Of a stretch of DNA of 32,934 nucleotides, positions 12,685 through 22,997 are shown one piece after another (positions within the stretch are counted from its first letter, which is position 1; every line of letters begins with the position of its first letter). This DNA is from Octopus sinensis. Its lineage: Eukaryota. Location of the stretch: assembly GCF_006345805.1 (NCBI RefSeq), contig NW_021832093.1, positions 1-32,934 of the forward strand. The letters run 5' to 3'. Below the pieces are notes generated by a model. That model made no database searches and was not told the DNA's origin. It was given only the letters and a program-made list of their open reading frames with translations. The position numbers and the translations under genes are program-made.

Positions 12685-13085
12685 CCGTAAAAATTAATAC
12701 AGAGAGTTGCTTATTTGCAAAAAAAAAAAAAAAAAAAAGAAAATAAACATGTGACTTCATTGACCGAGGTTACCGTGGTCTTTTCCGTAGGCTTTTCTTT
12801 CCACGGGTAAACCTCACCTGTCCTCCCCTTTACACTTCATATTGACATTTCTGTGATAACGATCCTATTGATCAATTTTTTTCCTCTCCCCCTTTTTTTT
12901 AACCCCCTCTTTTTGTCCTCTTCTCTCCTTTTACGATCCCTTTTGATCGACCCCCCCTTTTTTTATTTATTTTAATTTTATTTATTTATTTATTATTTTT
13001 TTTTTTTTTTAAACCTTCAAAAGAAAAGCTCTACCTTGTAATTTGTTCTATCTGTGTGCAGCCCTGTGTGGCTAATAAAGAAACA

Positions 13086-13086
<1 letters not shown>
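10051..13086 (+). mobile_element. Tx1/L1-clade non-LTR retrotransposon, 5'-truncated
   Basis: GC/CpG-rich island encoding the ORF2 linker, RT and zf-RVT. 3' UTR has A- and T-runs and AATAAA at 13074-13079. Both ends abut (TCTA)n. Confidence 0.93.
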
Positions 13087-13154
<68 letters not shown>

Positions 13155-13159
13155 GTCTG

Positions 13160-13192
<33 letters not shown>

Positions 13193-13240
13193 ATATCTAT
13201 CTATCTATCTAGCTAGCTAGCTAGCTAGCTATCTGTCTGT
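13087..13240. repeat. Compound (TCTA)n/(TCTG)n/(TAGC)n microsatellite, right flank of LINE
   Basis: Directly visible. Confidence 0.97.
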
Positions 13241-13490
13241 CCATTTGTCTATTATTCTATCTTTCTTTCATTCATTCTTTCTTTCTATCTCTCTTTCTTT
13301 CTGTATTTACTGTGGTCGAGTCAGTCTCTTGCTACACTGAGTGTCGTGTGGAGGTGGCATTGATTCGCATACATAGACACACGCCCATAGACACATGAGT
13401 ATATACATACTACATGCATACACATAAACATACATGCACACGTACACATAGACGCACGGACACACATACAGACACACACACTTACGCGTG

Positions 13491-14222
13491 TATCATGTTA
13501 AAGTGTTGGAAAGATTCCACCAAAAATGCTTCCGCAACATACTCAAAATAAGCCGGTCCCCTCACATTCCTGACACTGTGGTTCTCACTGAAGCTAATAT
13601 CACATCAATCTAAGACAATTTCATCCATATGGACGATGTGCACATCCCCACGCAAATATTTTATGGTGAACTTATGCTTGAAAAGGGAAAAAAATAGTGA
13701 GTCAAAGAAAAAATGACCGAAGGACTGTTTAATATCAAATTTGAAACGTCTTGAATTATGTTACAAAAGTTTTGAATCAATTGTGACAGATAGGGATGCG
13801 TGGAGAGCTACGATTTGAAACAGTGTTAAATATTTTGACCTTGACAAAGTTAAGTATGCTGAAAGGAAATCAAAAGTGCATGAAAATGAAATTAATAGCA
13901 ATAACTTAGAATGTTTCTCATTTTCTAAAAAAAATGTTTCTTAAGCACAAAATTATGCATAATTCATGCTGGAATGAATTCGCACCACCATGCTCATGCG
14001 ATTAGGGCACACACGAACCATTGGAATTGCATACTAAATGAGCGGTTTCAATGACATGAATGTCAGCAAACCTGCAAGTCATATGAAGGATTGAAGCAGT
14101 ATTTGAAAATTCGTAATAAACAAGCGAAAAGTGGAGCAAATGCTGAAATGAGACATTATTGCAGTATTTGTGATCAGTTCTTCAAACGCCTTTCAAGGCT
14201 CAAAAGTCATTTAAAATCTCAT
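13491..14222 (+). mobile_element. RTE-clade LINE 3' remnant followed by C2H2 zinc-finger coding
   Basis: HVKVLERFHQKCFRNILKI, IPTQIFYGEL and DRDAWR are RTE-type C-terminal motifs. Then an intact finger CSICDQFFKRLSRLKSHLKSH (14160-14222) and an in-frame degenerate finger (14052-14114). Confidence 0.75.
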
Positions 14223-14224
14223 AC

Positions 14225-14546
14225 TTCGAAAGAAAGGGTCATGTTCTGCTAGCTGCAGACAGCGGAGGTACATGGAGAATCTCTGTGATGTCTCGCGTTG
14301 TGTAACATGGGTTATTTTTATTTGTTCATTATCAACAACTGTAGGCCTACCAGAACATTGACGATATTCAAGGTCATAATTTTCGGCTCTAAACCTAGTG
14401 AACCACATACGAACAGTGCTTTCAGCTAAGACACCATCTTCGTAAACAGCACATTTCTTCTTTGCTGTTTGTGCAGCGTTTTTAGCTTTCAGGAAATAAA
14501 AGAGTATTAGATGACGAAAATGTATTTCATTTTCCTTCATTTTCAA
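14225..14546 (-). mobile_element. mariner transposase relic (N-terminal HTH), internally deleted
   Basis: FRHLILFYFLKAKNAAQTAKK.CAVYEDGVLAESTVRMWFTRFRAENYDLE..SGRP matches the mariner paired-like DNA-binding domain. No intact DDD domain. Confidence 0.85.
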
Positions 14547-14567
14547 TTTTATCCTAAGACTAGCTGT

Positions 14568-14668
14568 TGTTGGTTCCTTCTCGAGCTATGCCTGATTCAT
14601 AAGGGCCGGTTTTCCGGTTTCATTGGCGTACAAGTTCCCCACTTGGGCGGCACACCGGTCCATTGCAC
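14568..14668 (-). mobile_element. SINE 3' fragment (probably a variant related to family C)
   Basis: Minus strand TGCAATGGACCGGTGTGCCGCCCAAGTGGGG..GAAACCGGCCCTTATGA..GCTCGAGAAGGAAC. Recognised as a SINE central and tail segment; not verified by search. Confidence 0.45.
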
Positions 14669-15036
14669 TTAAGAATATTAGCAGTAATTAATCCACACAA
14701 AATTCAAATAGCAAAATACGTTGAGATCTCTTTCAGAAAATATATGTCATGTTCCTATCACGTGATTAAATATCAGTTGAAAAACACTACGAACTTTTAC
14801 CAAACGATTATGTGTGTGTGTGTGTATACAGTGTGCGATAGGTAAATTATCGCCATTTTATTCTTTTTTATTTCGCGCATGCACATTGTTTGTTTTTGAT
14901 TTTGTCCACTACACAGTAGGTAATTTTGATAAATATATCTGTCAAAATGAGATGTCAGCATTATTTTCATTTTTGCGTAATTTAGATTTCTATGTCTATG
15001 TATGTATGTATGTATGTATGTATGTATATGTATGTA

Positions 15037-15586
15037 TAGGATGGAGTAGAAAGGGCGGACATCTTTGAAATGACAATTACTCAGCCTCAGAGGGAGGGAC
15101 ATATGTCCGAGAAGTACCATTCTATCCGTGGTGTTTTAGCATTTTTTTTTCTTTTCAGGTGAAGCCAAGGTGCTGTGGACGATAGAATATCGCGTGTTTA
15201 CCTACGACAGTTACGTGAAGAATAACGAGTCTGTCACAGTGATTCAGCATGTGTTTCGGCGCCACTTCAACATTCACCGAAATCAGGCTGTTCCCACCTG
15301 TAACACAATCTTACGTTGGATGAAAACTCTTCGTACACGATGTACATAAATGAATAGGAGACCAGTGGGTGCCCCACGAACAGTACAGACCCCGGAAATG
15401 TGGAACGCGTCAGACAAGCTTTCAGAAATGCATCAATGAAAACGGACACCACATGATGGATGTTGTTTCGCACACTTGATGCTGACAAATGTTAATTCAC
15501 TACGAGCACACTGATGCCAATAAAATTTGTTTGCAGCTAAAATTGATGGTTTTGTGAATTTTTCAAAAACGTCCTTCCCCAGCCTG
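15037..15586 (+). mobile_element. Tc1/mariner-superfamily element (DUF4817-like HTH), internally deleted
   Basis: From 15170: LWTIEYRVFTYDSYVKNNESVTVIQHVFRRHFNI..VPTCNTILRW..PRTVQTPE(N)VERVRQA, fused directly to the C-terminal KCINENGHH..T*. Degenerate TIRs (TAGGATGGAG.. / ..CCCCAGCCTG) flanked by TA. Confidence 0.75.
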
Positions 15587-15589
15587 TAT

Positions 15590-15613
15590 ATGTGTATGTG
15601 TGTGTGTGTGTGT

Positions 15614-15672
<59 letters not shown>
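15590..15672. repeat. (GT)n microsatellite
   Basis: Directly visible. Confidence 0.97.
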
Positions 15673-15676
<4 letters not shown>

Positions 15677-15760
15677 TCTCTCGGTTTACTACAGTGGCAA
15701 AGCAATGAATCATGAAACTCGTTTATCGTCACACGGAAGATCTGGTCTAAATCAATAGAA

Positions 15761-15977
15761 GCTTCAAACTTTGGCACTAGGCTTGACATTTTTTAGTGGG
15801 GGATGATAAGTTGATCCTATCGAACTCAGTGCTCAACTGATACCTTTTTTATTGACTCCAAAATAACGAAAGACAAAGTCAACGTTGTCGGAGTTTGAAC
15901 AAAGAACGTAATGAGGCGAAAGATATATTGCAAATCATTATTTTCGACGCTCTAACGATTCTGCCAGTTCGCCTCTT
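15761..15977 (-). mobile_element. SINE family A, array copy 1
   Basis: TTTCAAA..GGCAC.AGG tail, ..TTTGAAC..AGAACGTAA.., CTAACGATTCTGCCAG head. Confidence 0.75.
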
Positions 15978-16180
15978 TAATGTTTCAAATTCTGGTACAA
16001 GACCAGGAATATTAGGAGAAGGGAAATACTTCACTAGTACTTTATTTTGTCGATTCCGAAAGGATAGACGATAATATCGACCGCGACAGACTTTGAACTC
16101 CGGACGTAATGAATGGGAAGAAATATCGCAAAGCATCTTGTCCTGCGCTCTAGCCAGCTAATTCTGCTAGGTTACTGCCT
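15978..16180 (-). mobile_element. SINE family A, array copy 2
   Basis: Same motif order: TGTTTCAAATTCTGGTACAAG..CCGAAAGGAT..TTTGAACTC..GAAATATCGCAAAGCAT. Confidence 0.75.
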
Positions 16181-16400
16181 AAATGTTTCGGATATTGGCA
16201 CAAGGCCAGTTTTCCAGGAGTAGAGACCAAATGGGTTACATCGTTGCCAGTTCTCAATTAGGATATATTTTATCGAGTGCGAAATGATGAAAAGACAGAG
16301 TTAACATCCACAAGATTTGAACTCAGAACATAGAGAGCTGGAAGAAATACCGCTATGCATTTTGACCAGCAATCCAATAACTCTACCTGTTCGATGCCTT
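16181..16400 (-). mobile_element. SINE family A, array copy 3
   Basis: Same motif order: TGGCACAAGGCCAG..TTTTATCGA..GATTTGAACTCAGAAC..GAAATACCGCTATGCATTTT. Confidence 0.75.
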
Positions 16401-16419
16401 CTTGGTTTGATTAATTAAT

Positions 16420-16642
16420 GGTTCCAAATTTTGGCGCAAGATCAGCAAATGCAAGAGGGGAGTTAAATCAATTAGCCCATTAATAATCGACCCCAGTAAC
16501 CAACTAGCACTCATTTATCGACACCGAAAGGGTGAAAGGCAAAGCTGAGCTCAACAGAATTTGAACTCAGAAAATAAAGACAGACGAAATGCCGCTAAGC
16601 ATTTCGCCCGGTGCGATAACGGTTCTGCCAGCTCATCGCTTC
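16420..16642 (-). mobile_element. SINE family A, array copy 4, with 16-bp TSD
   Basis: Least diverged of the four. Flanked by GGTTTGATTAATTAAT (16404-16419) and GGTTTGATTAAGTAAT (16643-16658). Confidence 0.88.
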
Positions 16643-16968
16643 GGTTTGATTAAGTAATACAGAATGTTATGTACTTCTCTGTATAGACTCAAAACCTGGT
16701 CAAGCCGATCTATGATCAGAAACATTCCAATCTTGACCATCCTGTCTTTTTTTTTCCTTCAGGCATTTTTTGAGGAATTGTCTTTTTCGGACTTTTTATT
16801 TAAGAACATAGTGAACTGAGAGAATGTTACCAGCTATTTTTAGCAAGTCGAACTACCACGTTGAAGCTACCTTGTTAGCTTGTTGCTTTATTTGTTGGTC
16901 TCCATTTATTTTAAAAAGAAATATTCTAATGTGTCAGTTACAATTTCACAGTGTGTCACGTAGATCAC

Positions 16969-17016
<48 letters not shown>

Positions 17017-17510
17017 TTCCTCCCTCTCCCTCTAACGGCAGCGATGACTTTCAAGTCTCACACATCTTGTTCAAACAGATGGTTTCGTGTTGTTGGCGTG
17101 ACTTAAGTCTGATTGAAGCCTTCCACTTTCGATTTGACCTTTATCCTCATGTGCTTAATCTCTGCGTCAGCAAAATTCAAAGGATGAACAAAATATGTGT
17201 GTATAGGGGCCGTGAAAGGTGTCTGTGGCGACTATCACATTGTAGTGATCTTAAAACAAGATTCTTCTTAGAATTCTTGCCAGAGTTTCACAGTTACAAC
17301 TTCAAAGAAAAGACTTAAAACACGTGTTGCCATTTAGTATTTTGCTAAATGCTAAAGCGTGTGTATAAGTTTGTAGAAATCTCAGGCAGCCAACCGGTTT
17401 TGGTCCCTGGTTACAGTCATATGAATTTTCCTTATCTCATTAATCGTCACGCAATCTCATTTATCCTTCTGCACATCTGTGAGTCATTGACTCTGCATTA
17501 ATTGTTCACA

Positions 17511-17725
17511 TGGCGACGGATTTGCAGACATCAGTTGAATGTCAAGCCAAATATTTTACAACAGTGTTTAGTTATGCCCCTTTATTATTTGAGTTCAAAT
17601 ATCGCCGAAGTCAACTTTGTTCGTTTTTATCCTTATAGTGTCGATAATTGATAAAATAAATTACCAGTCGTGTACTGGGGTCTACGTAATCGACTATACT
17701 TCTCCCCGAAAACAGGCCTTTTGTC
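17511..17725 (+). mobile_element. SINE family A, diverged plus-strand copy
   Basis: B box GAGTTCAAATATC, then GCCGAAGTCAACTTTG..GTCGATAA..ATTACCAGTCG..ACTGGGGTC..TAATCGACT. Confidence 0.75.
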
Positions 17726-18094
17726 TCTGTTAATTCTTTGAATCCCTGACTACGCTTTAGCGAGAGAAATTTCATTTTGCTTTACTCTTGAAAGGTGCAA
17801 AAGTATGTGAAAAGAGGAAACTTGGTTTTGTGGTTATAGATGGCAAATTGGTAGAAACATCCTTATTTTCTGCCTTAAACATGAAACCATATGACCGACC
17901 GCTTTTTCGTCCTCCAAGAGAATAGTTAAATGGAATCAGGCCCGTTAAAGAGTACTCACAGATTTAAAGCGTTAAAAGCCATTATTTGTACAGCAAATCA
18001 AACAATTAATGAAAACAGAACTATTAAGTGTCTCTATCGCTAAAGTGTTGGTGTGGCATAAAACTGACTGAGCTCATGGAAGCTACAAAAGCTG

Positions 18095-18465
18095 ATGATG
18101 ACGACGATGATAACGATGATGAATGATGGTGAAGGTAATGATGACGACAATGATGATGATTGATAGATGATGATGATGATGAATGATGGTGAAGGTAATG
18201 ATGACGACAATGATGATGATTGATAGATGATGATGATGATGAATGATGGTGAAGGTAATGATGACGACAATGATGATGATTGATAGATGATGATGATGAT
18301 GAATGATGGTGATGGTAATGATGACGACAATGATGATGATTGATAGATGATGATGATGATGAATGATGGTGATGGTAATGATGACGACAATGATGATGAT
18401 TGATAGATGATGATGATGATGAATGATGGTGATGGTAATGATGACGACAATGATGATGATTGATA

Positions 18466-18505
<40 letters not shown>

Positions 18506-18553
18506 CTGACGACGACAACAACGAAGATGACGATGACGATGATTGATGATTGA

Positions 18554-18587
<34 letters not shown>

Positions 18588-18680
18588 CGACGTCGACGAA
18601 GATGACGATGACGATGATGATTGATGGATGACGATGATGATTGATGGATGATGATGATGACAACGAGAACGATGATGATA
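18095..18680. repeat. (GAT)n-derived region containing a 60-bp minisatellite (6 units, 18121-18480)
   Basis: The 60-nt lines 18121-18480 repeat exactly, apart from one A/T difference between units 1-3 and 4-6. Confidence 0.97.
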
Positions 18681-18784
18681 TTAAGAATAAGATGATAAAT
18701 ATATAAACGGAATGTGTCTCAGATATCTTAGAGTTTTTTCATATACAAAATATACATTATATACAATATATATTGTTTTTATGA

Positions 18785-19940
18785 GCGTATGTATATGTAT
18801 GTATGTGTGTATGTATATGTATGTATGTGTGTATGTATATGTATGTGTGTGTATGTATATGTATGTGTGTGTGTATATGTATGTATGTGTGTATGTATAT
18901 GTATGTGTGTATGTATATGTATGTGTGTGTGTTTGTATATGTATGTGTGTGTGTATATGTATGTATGTGTGTATGTATATGTATGTATGTGTGTATGTAT
19001 ATGTATGTGTGTGTATGTATATGTATGTGTGTGTGTATATGTATGTATGTGTGTATGTATATGTATGTATGTGTGTGTATGTATATGTATGTGTGTGTAT
19101 GTATATGTATGTGTGTGTGTATATGTATGTATGTGTGTATGTATATGTATGTATGTGTGTATGTATATGTATGTGTGTGTATGTATATGTATGTGTGTGT
19201 GTATATGTATGTATGTGTGTATGTATATGTATGTATGTGTGTATGTATATGTATGTGTGTGTATGTATATGTATGTGTGTGTGTATATGTATGTATGTGT
19301 GTATGTATATGTATGTATGTGTGTATGTATATGTATGTGTGTGTATGTATGTATGTATGTGTGTGTGTATATGTATGTATGTGTGTATGTATATGTATGT
19401 ATGTGTGTATGTATATGTATGTGTGTGTGTATGTATATGTATGTGTGTGTATATGTATATGCATGTGTGTGTGTATGTATATGTATGTGTGTATGTATAT
19501 GTATGTATGTGTGTATGTATATGTATGTATGTGTGTATGTATATGTATGTGTGTGTGTATGTATATGTATGTGTGTGTATATGTATATGTATGTGTGTGT
19601 GTATGTATATGTATGTGTGTATGTATATGTATGTATGTGTGTATGTATATGTATGTATGTGTGTATGTATATGTATGTGTGTGTATGTATATGTATGTGT
19701 GTGTGTATGTATATGTATGTGTGTATGTATATGTATGTATGTGTGTATGTATATGTATGTATGTGTGTATGTATATGTATGTGTGTGTGTATGTATATGT
19801 ATGTGTGTGTGTATGTATATGTATGTGTGTGTATGTATATGTATGTGTGTGTGTATATGTATGTATGTGTGTATGTATATGTATGTGTGTGTGTATGTAT
19901 ATGTATGTGTGTGTGTTTGTGTGTGTGCGTGTGTGTGTAT
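18785..19940. repeat. Long (GT)n-ATGTATATGT compound satellite
   Basis: About 1.15 kb of ~20-26 nt units GTATGTATATGTATGT(ATGT)GTGT. Source of the 400-aa CVYM pseudo-ORFs. Confidence 0.97.
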
Positions 19941-20208
19941 TACTTATTAAGAAGTATTAGTACCGAACAGACAACTGCATATCCTACTTAACGTGGTTGT
20001 ACTGTAAGAATGCCATATTGTTATGGTATTTGACTTGAGAAAACTTCCTGTGTATGCGCGTAGTGCTTTAAAAGCCCATCATCCCATCGACCCATCAGGC
20101 TATCAGCCCATCGGCTCATCAACCCAGTCAGCCCATTGGCTATATGAAACGTCAGTGACTGATGAACAGTAGAGGGAAGTTTATTTAGTGTGTGGTGATA
20201 TCGGATAC

Positions 20209-20440
20209 CTATTTCTTTATTACCCACAAGGGGCTAAACATAGAGGGGACAAACAAGGACAGACATAGGTATTAAGTCGATTACATCGACCCCAGTGCGT
20301 AACTGGTACTTAATTTATCGATCCCGAAAGGATGAAAGGCAATGTCGACCTCGGCGGAATTTGAACTCACAACGTAACGCAGACGAAATACCGCCAAGCA
20401 TTTCGCCCGGCGTGCTAAGTTTGTGCCAGCTCGCCACCTT
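20209..20440 (-). mobile_element. SINE family A, well-preserved copy
   Basis: Minus strand: AAGGTGGCGAGCTGGCAC..TTAGC (A box), GAGTTCAAATTCC (B box), and central GGTCGACATTGCCTTTCATCCTTTCGGGATCGATAAATTAAGTACCAG resembling the MetaSINE domain. Confidence 0.9.
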
Positions 20441-20820
20441 GATATCAGATACCTGCTTATGATAATGTGCGAATGCACAGAAATGACGCAATTTAGGAGT
20501 TTTATCAACGGTGTTCACAAATTTTTGTCTGTTGCCCATACATTTCCGAGTTTTTAGCACAACGCGTCTACACGACATGCTTTCTCAAGAAGAATACTGC
20601 AAATTATGACGTTATTACAGTACATCGACGTTAAATTAGATATATTAAATATACTCATTGCTTTCTCACTCCCCTTCCATCTCTCCCTCCTTCTCTCTGT
20701 ATCTCGCCTTATATATATATATATATGTATGTATGTATGGATATATACAGACATATATATATATACTTATCTACATATATATAAATATATATATATTTAT
20801 ATATATATATATATATAAAT

Positions 20821-20880
20821 GGCGGTGCCCCAGCATGGCCACAGCTTGTGTGCTGAAACTAGATAAAAATAAAAATAAAA
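20821..20880 (+). mobile_element. Isolated CR1/L2-type LINE 3' tail
   Basis: GGCGGTGCCCCAGCATGGCCACAGCTTGTGTGCTGAAACTAGAT(AAAAAT)n matches the tail at 1571-1612. Confidence 0.8.
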
Positions 20881-20918
20881 ATATATGTGTGTGTGTGCGT
20901 GTGTGTGTGTGTGTGAGA

Positions 20919-21197
20919 GAGGTATACTAGCCATCTCAATATGGCTAACCACTAAGGGTGGGTGTTACTGTAGCTTGTAGCCCCAGGAGAACATCGTCTC
21001 CAGCTGGCTTTAGGCACACTTTCTGTGCACTTATGGTATTTGCAAAGGGAGGTCATTCCTCCCTCGTCAACCTAAGTGATACGCACGGACTGCAGTTTCT
21101 AGGTATTGACCTGTCGTCGGCGTACGACAATCACCGGTAGAAACTGCAGTCCGTGGTTAGTTAGTGGTTAGCCATATTGAGATGGCTAGTATACCTC
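20919..21197. mobile_element. Foldback element with perfect 37-bp terminal inverted repeats and a nested 18-bp inverted repeat
   Basis: 20919-20955 is the exact reverse complement of 21161-21197. 21084-21101 is the exact reverse complement of 21138-21155. Confidence 0.85.
21082..21126 (-). ncRNA. Candidate minimal type-I hammerhead ribozyme (U4C core)
   Basis: 5'-CGUACG CCGACGA C AGGU caau ACCU A GAAA CUGCAG UC CGUGCG-3'. Stem I is 6 bp (one G.U), stem II is 4 bp with a C.A mismatch at 10.1/11.1, and stem III is the palindrome ACUGCAGU. Predicted cleavage after 21088. Confidence 0.65.
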
Positions 21198-21267
21198 ACA
21201 TTGTCGTGCAGTTACTGTTTACACCTCGTTCAGAGATTTATTATTGCTATATATATATATATATATT

Positions 21268-21298
<31 letters not shown>

Positions 21299-21577
21299 TA
21301 TTATATATATTATATATATCTAATATATATATATATATATATTATATATACATATATGTACATATGTGTCCTATAAGTATATATATACATATACATACAT
21401 TATATATATATATATAGAGAGAGAGAGAGGAGATGCGTGTGTGTGTGTGCTTCTGTGTGTGTGTGAGCGTGCGCATGCGTTTGTGCATACGTATTCATAT
21501 ATACATAAATATATATTATATATATTAGTACACACACACACAAACACACATATGTCTGCTCCTCTCTCTCTCTCTCT

Positions 21578-21616
<39 letters not shown>

Positions 21617-21859
21617 AATATTTATATATGTATATATGTGTATCTATCTATCTCTTTATCCATCTAACCCTTTATCTAGCGATATATGTACATATATAAT
21701 ATATGTATGTATATATATATTTCGTTTGCCGTAAAGACTTTTTTCATATACGCCAGCCAAGATAAGTTAAAAATTGTCTAAAGTCGTAAGACTTGTACTG
21801 TCCACCATTCGTGTTTTTTTATTTCTGTTTTTTATTTCTATTTTTGTTTCTTGTATTTA

Positions 21860-22085
21860 TTTTCGTGTGGCATCTCGTCTTTGTTTCGTATACATTCGTC
21901 CTCTTTCTAAAAAATCTAATGCCTATGGCTAAGTTCTTGGGGCTGGCCGGTTCGGAGTAATATCGAGATTAAACAGCCGAAATTATTAAGATGATCCGGT
22001 TCCCGACTGAAGATTAGAGGCTTCGAGTGACCCGTCTGTTTTCTTGTGTCGTCTCTTTGTGTATTTTTGCGTTCTTGTCCCACTT
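21860..22085 (+). repeat. Unclassified dispersed repeat (family X), copy 2
   Basis: Colinear with 3980-4225. Confidence 0.8.
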
Positions 22086-22123
22086 TGTAATGTATATTTT
22101 TATTTAAATTCTATACATATATA

Positions 22124-22154
<31 letters not shown>

Positions 22155-22200
22155 ATGTATATATATATTATTTATACATATATATATATATATATATATA

Positions 22201-22245
<45 letters not shown>

Positions 22246-22474
22246 TACATAGATACATACATGCTCTTTGTATACTTTGTATATTTCTATATTTACGATG
22301 TATTTCCCTTATCTACAAAATTAGAACTATTGTATTTCTAAATCTCTCAAAGAGAGTTATGTAATAGCAACACAATAAAGTGATGGATAATTTTGTAGAT
22401 CAGTGAATTTATTTCACTCGAAATTCTCTAAGTTTTCTACAGCGATTTAGCACCGACAGCTAATCGGGCCAAGC

Positions 22475-22522
22475 TACATCAGACTGATGAAGAGCAATTA
22501 CTCTGAACGCTTGTGTCGTGTA
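22475..22522 (+). ncRNA. Degenerate hammerhead-like motif (canonical CUGAUGA)
   Basis: CUGAUGA AGAG caauua CUCU GAA-C..; A15.1 is missing, position 17 is G, and stem I (UACAUCAGA / UCGUGUA) pairs only with bulges. Confidence 0.4.
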
Positions 22523-22630
22523 TCCAAATAGAAATGGTGTTTCTTGGGGCTAAATAGCAGTAGCATTCTTCCCTGTCGCAGGACTGTCACATTAAGTTGG
22601 CAACAAGCCATCTTTTTATATATATATATA

Positions 22631-22997
22631 CTCTTTTACTTGTTTCAGTCATTTGACTGCGACCACGCTGGTAGTACTTATTCTATCGGTCCCGTTTTGC
22701 CGAACCGCTAAGTTACGGAGACGTAAACACACCACCATCAGTTGTCAAGCGATGTTGGGGGACAAACACAGACACACAAACATATACACACACACACATA
22801 TATACATATATGTGTGTGTATATATATTATATACGACGGACTTCTTTCAGTTTCCGTCTACCAAATTCGCTTAAAAGGCTTTAGTCGGCCCGAGGCTATA
22901 GTAGAAGACAATTGCCCAAGGTGCCACGCAGTGAGACTGAACGCGGAACTATGTGGTTGGTAAGCAAGGTACTTACCACACAGCCACTCCTGCGCCT
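22631..22997 (-). mobile_element. SINE family B, near full length with internal microsatellite
   Basis: Minus strand: AGGCGCAGGAGTGGCTGTGTGGTAAG head, GGCACCTTGGGCAATTGTCTTCTACTATAGCC CORE-like segment, central (TA/TG)n, CAGTCAAATGACTGAAACAAG tail. Small deletion near the tail. Confidence 0.9.

Noticed and set aside
18121-18480. CRISPR-like array or His/Ser-rich protein
   Set aside because: The units are contiguous with no unique spacers, the context is eukaryotic, and there are no splice or start signals.
18712-19991. ORFs of 235-412 aa (CVYM- or HTYI-rich)
   Set aside because: Translations of a GT/AT satellite lacking stop codons. The same applies to nearly all YI-, CV-, HT- and LSIY-rich ORFs in the track.
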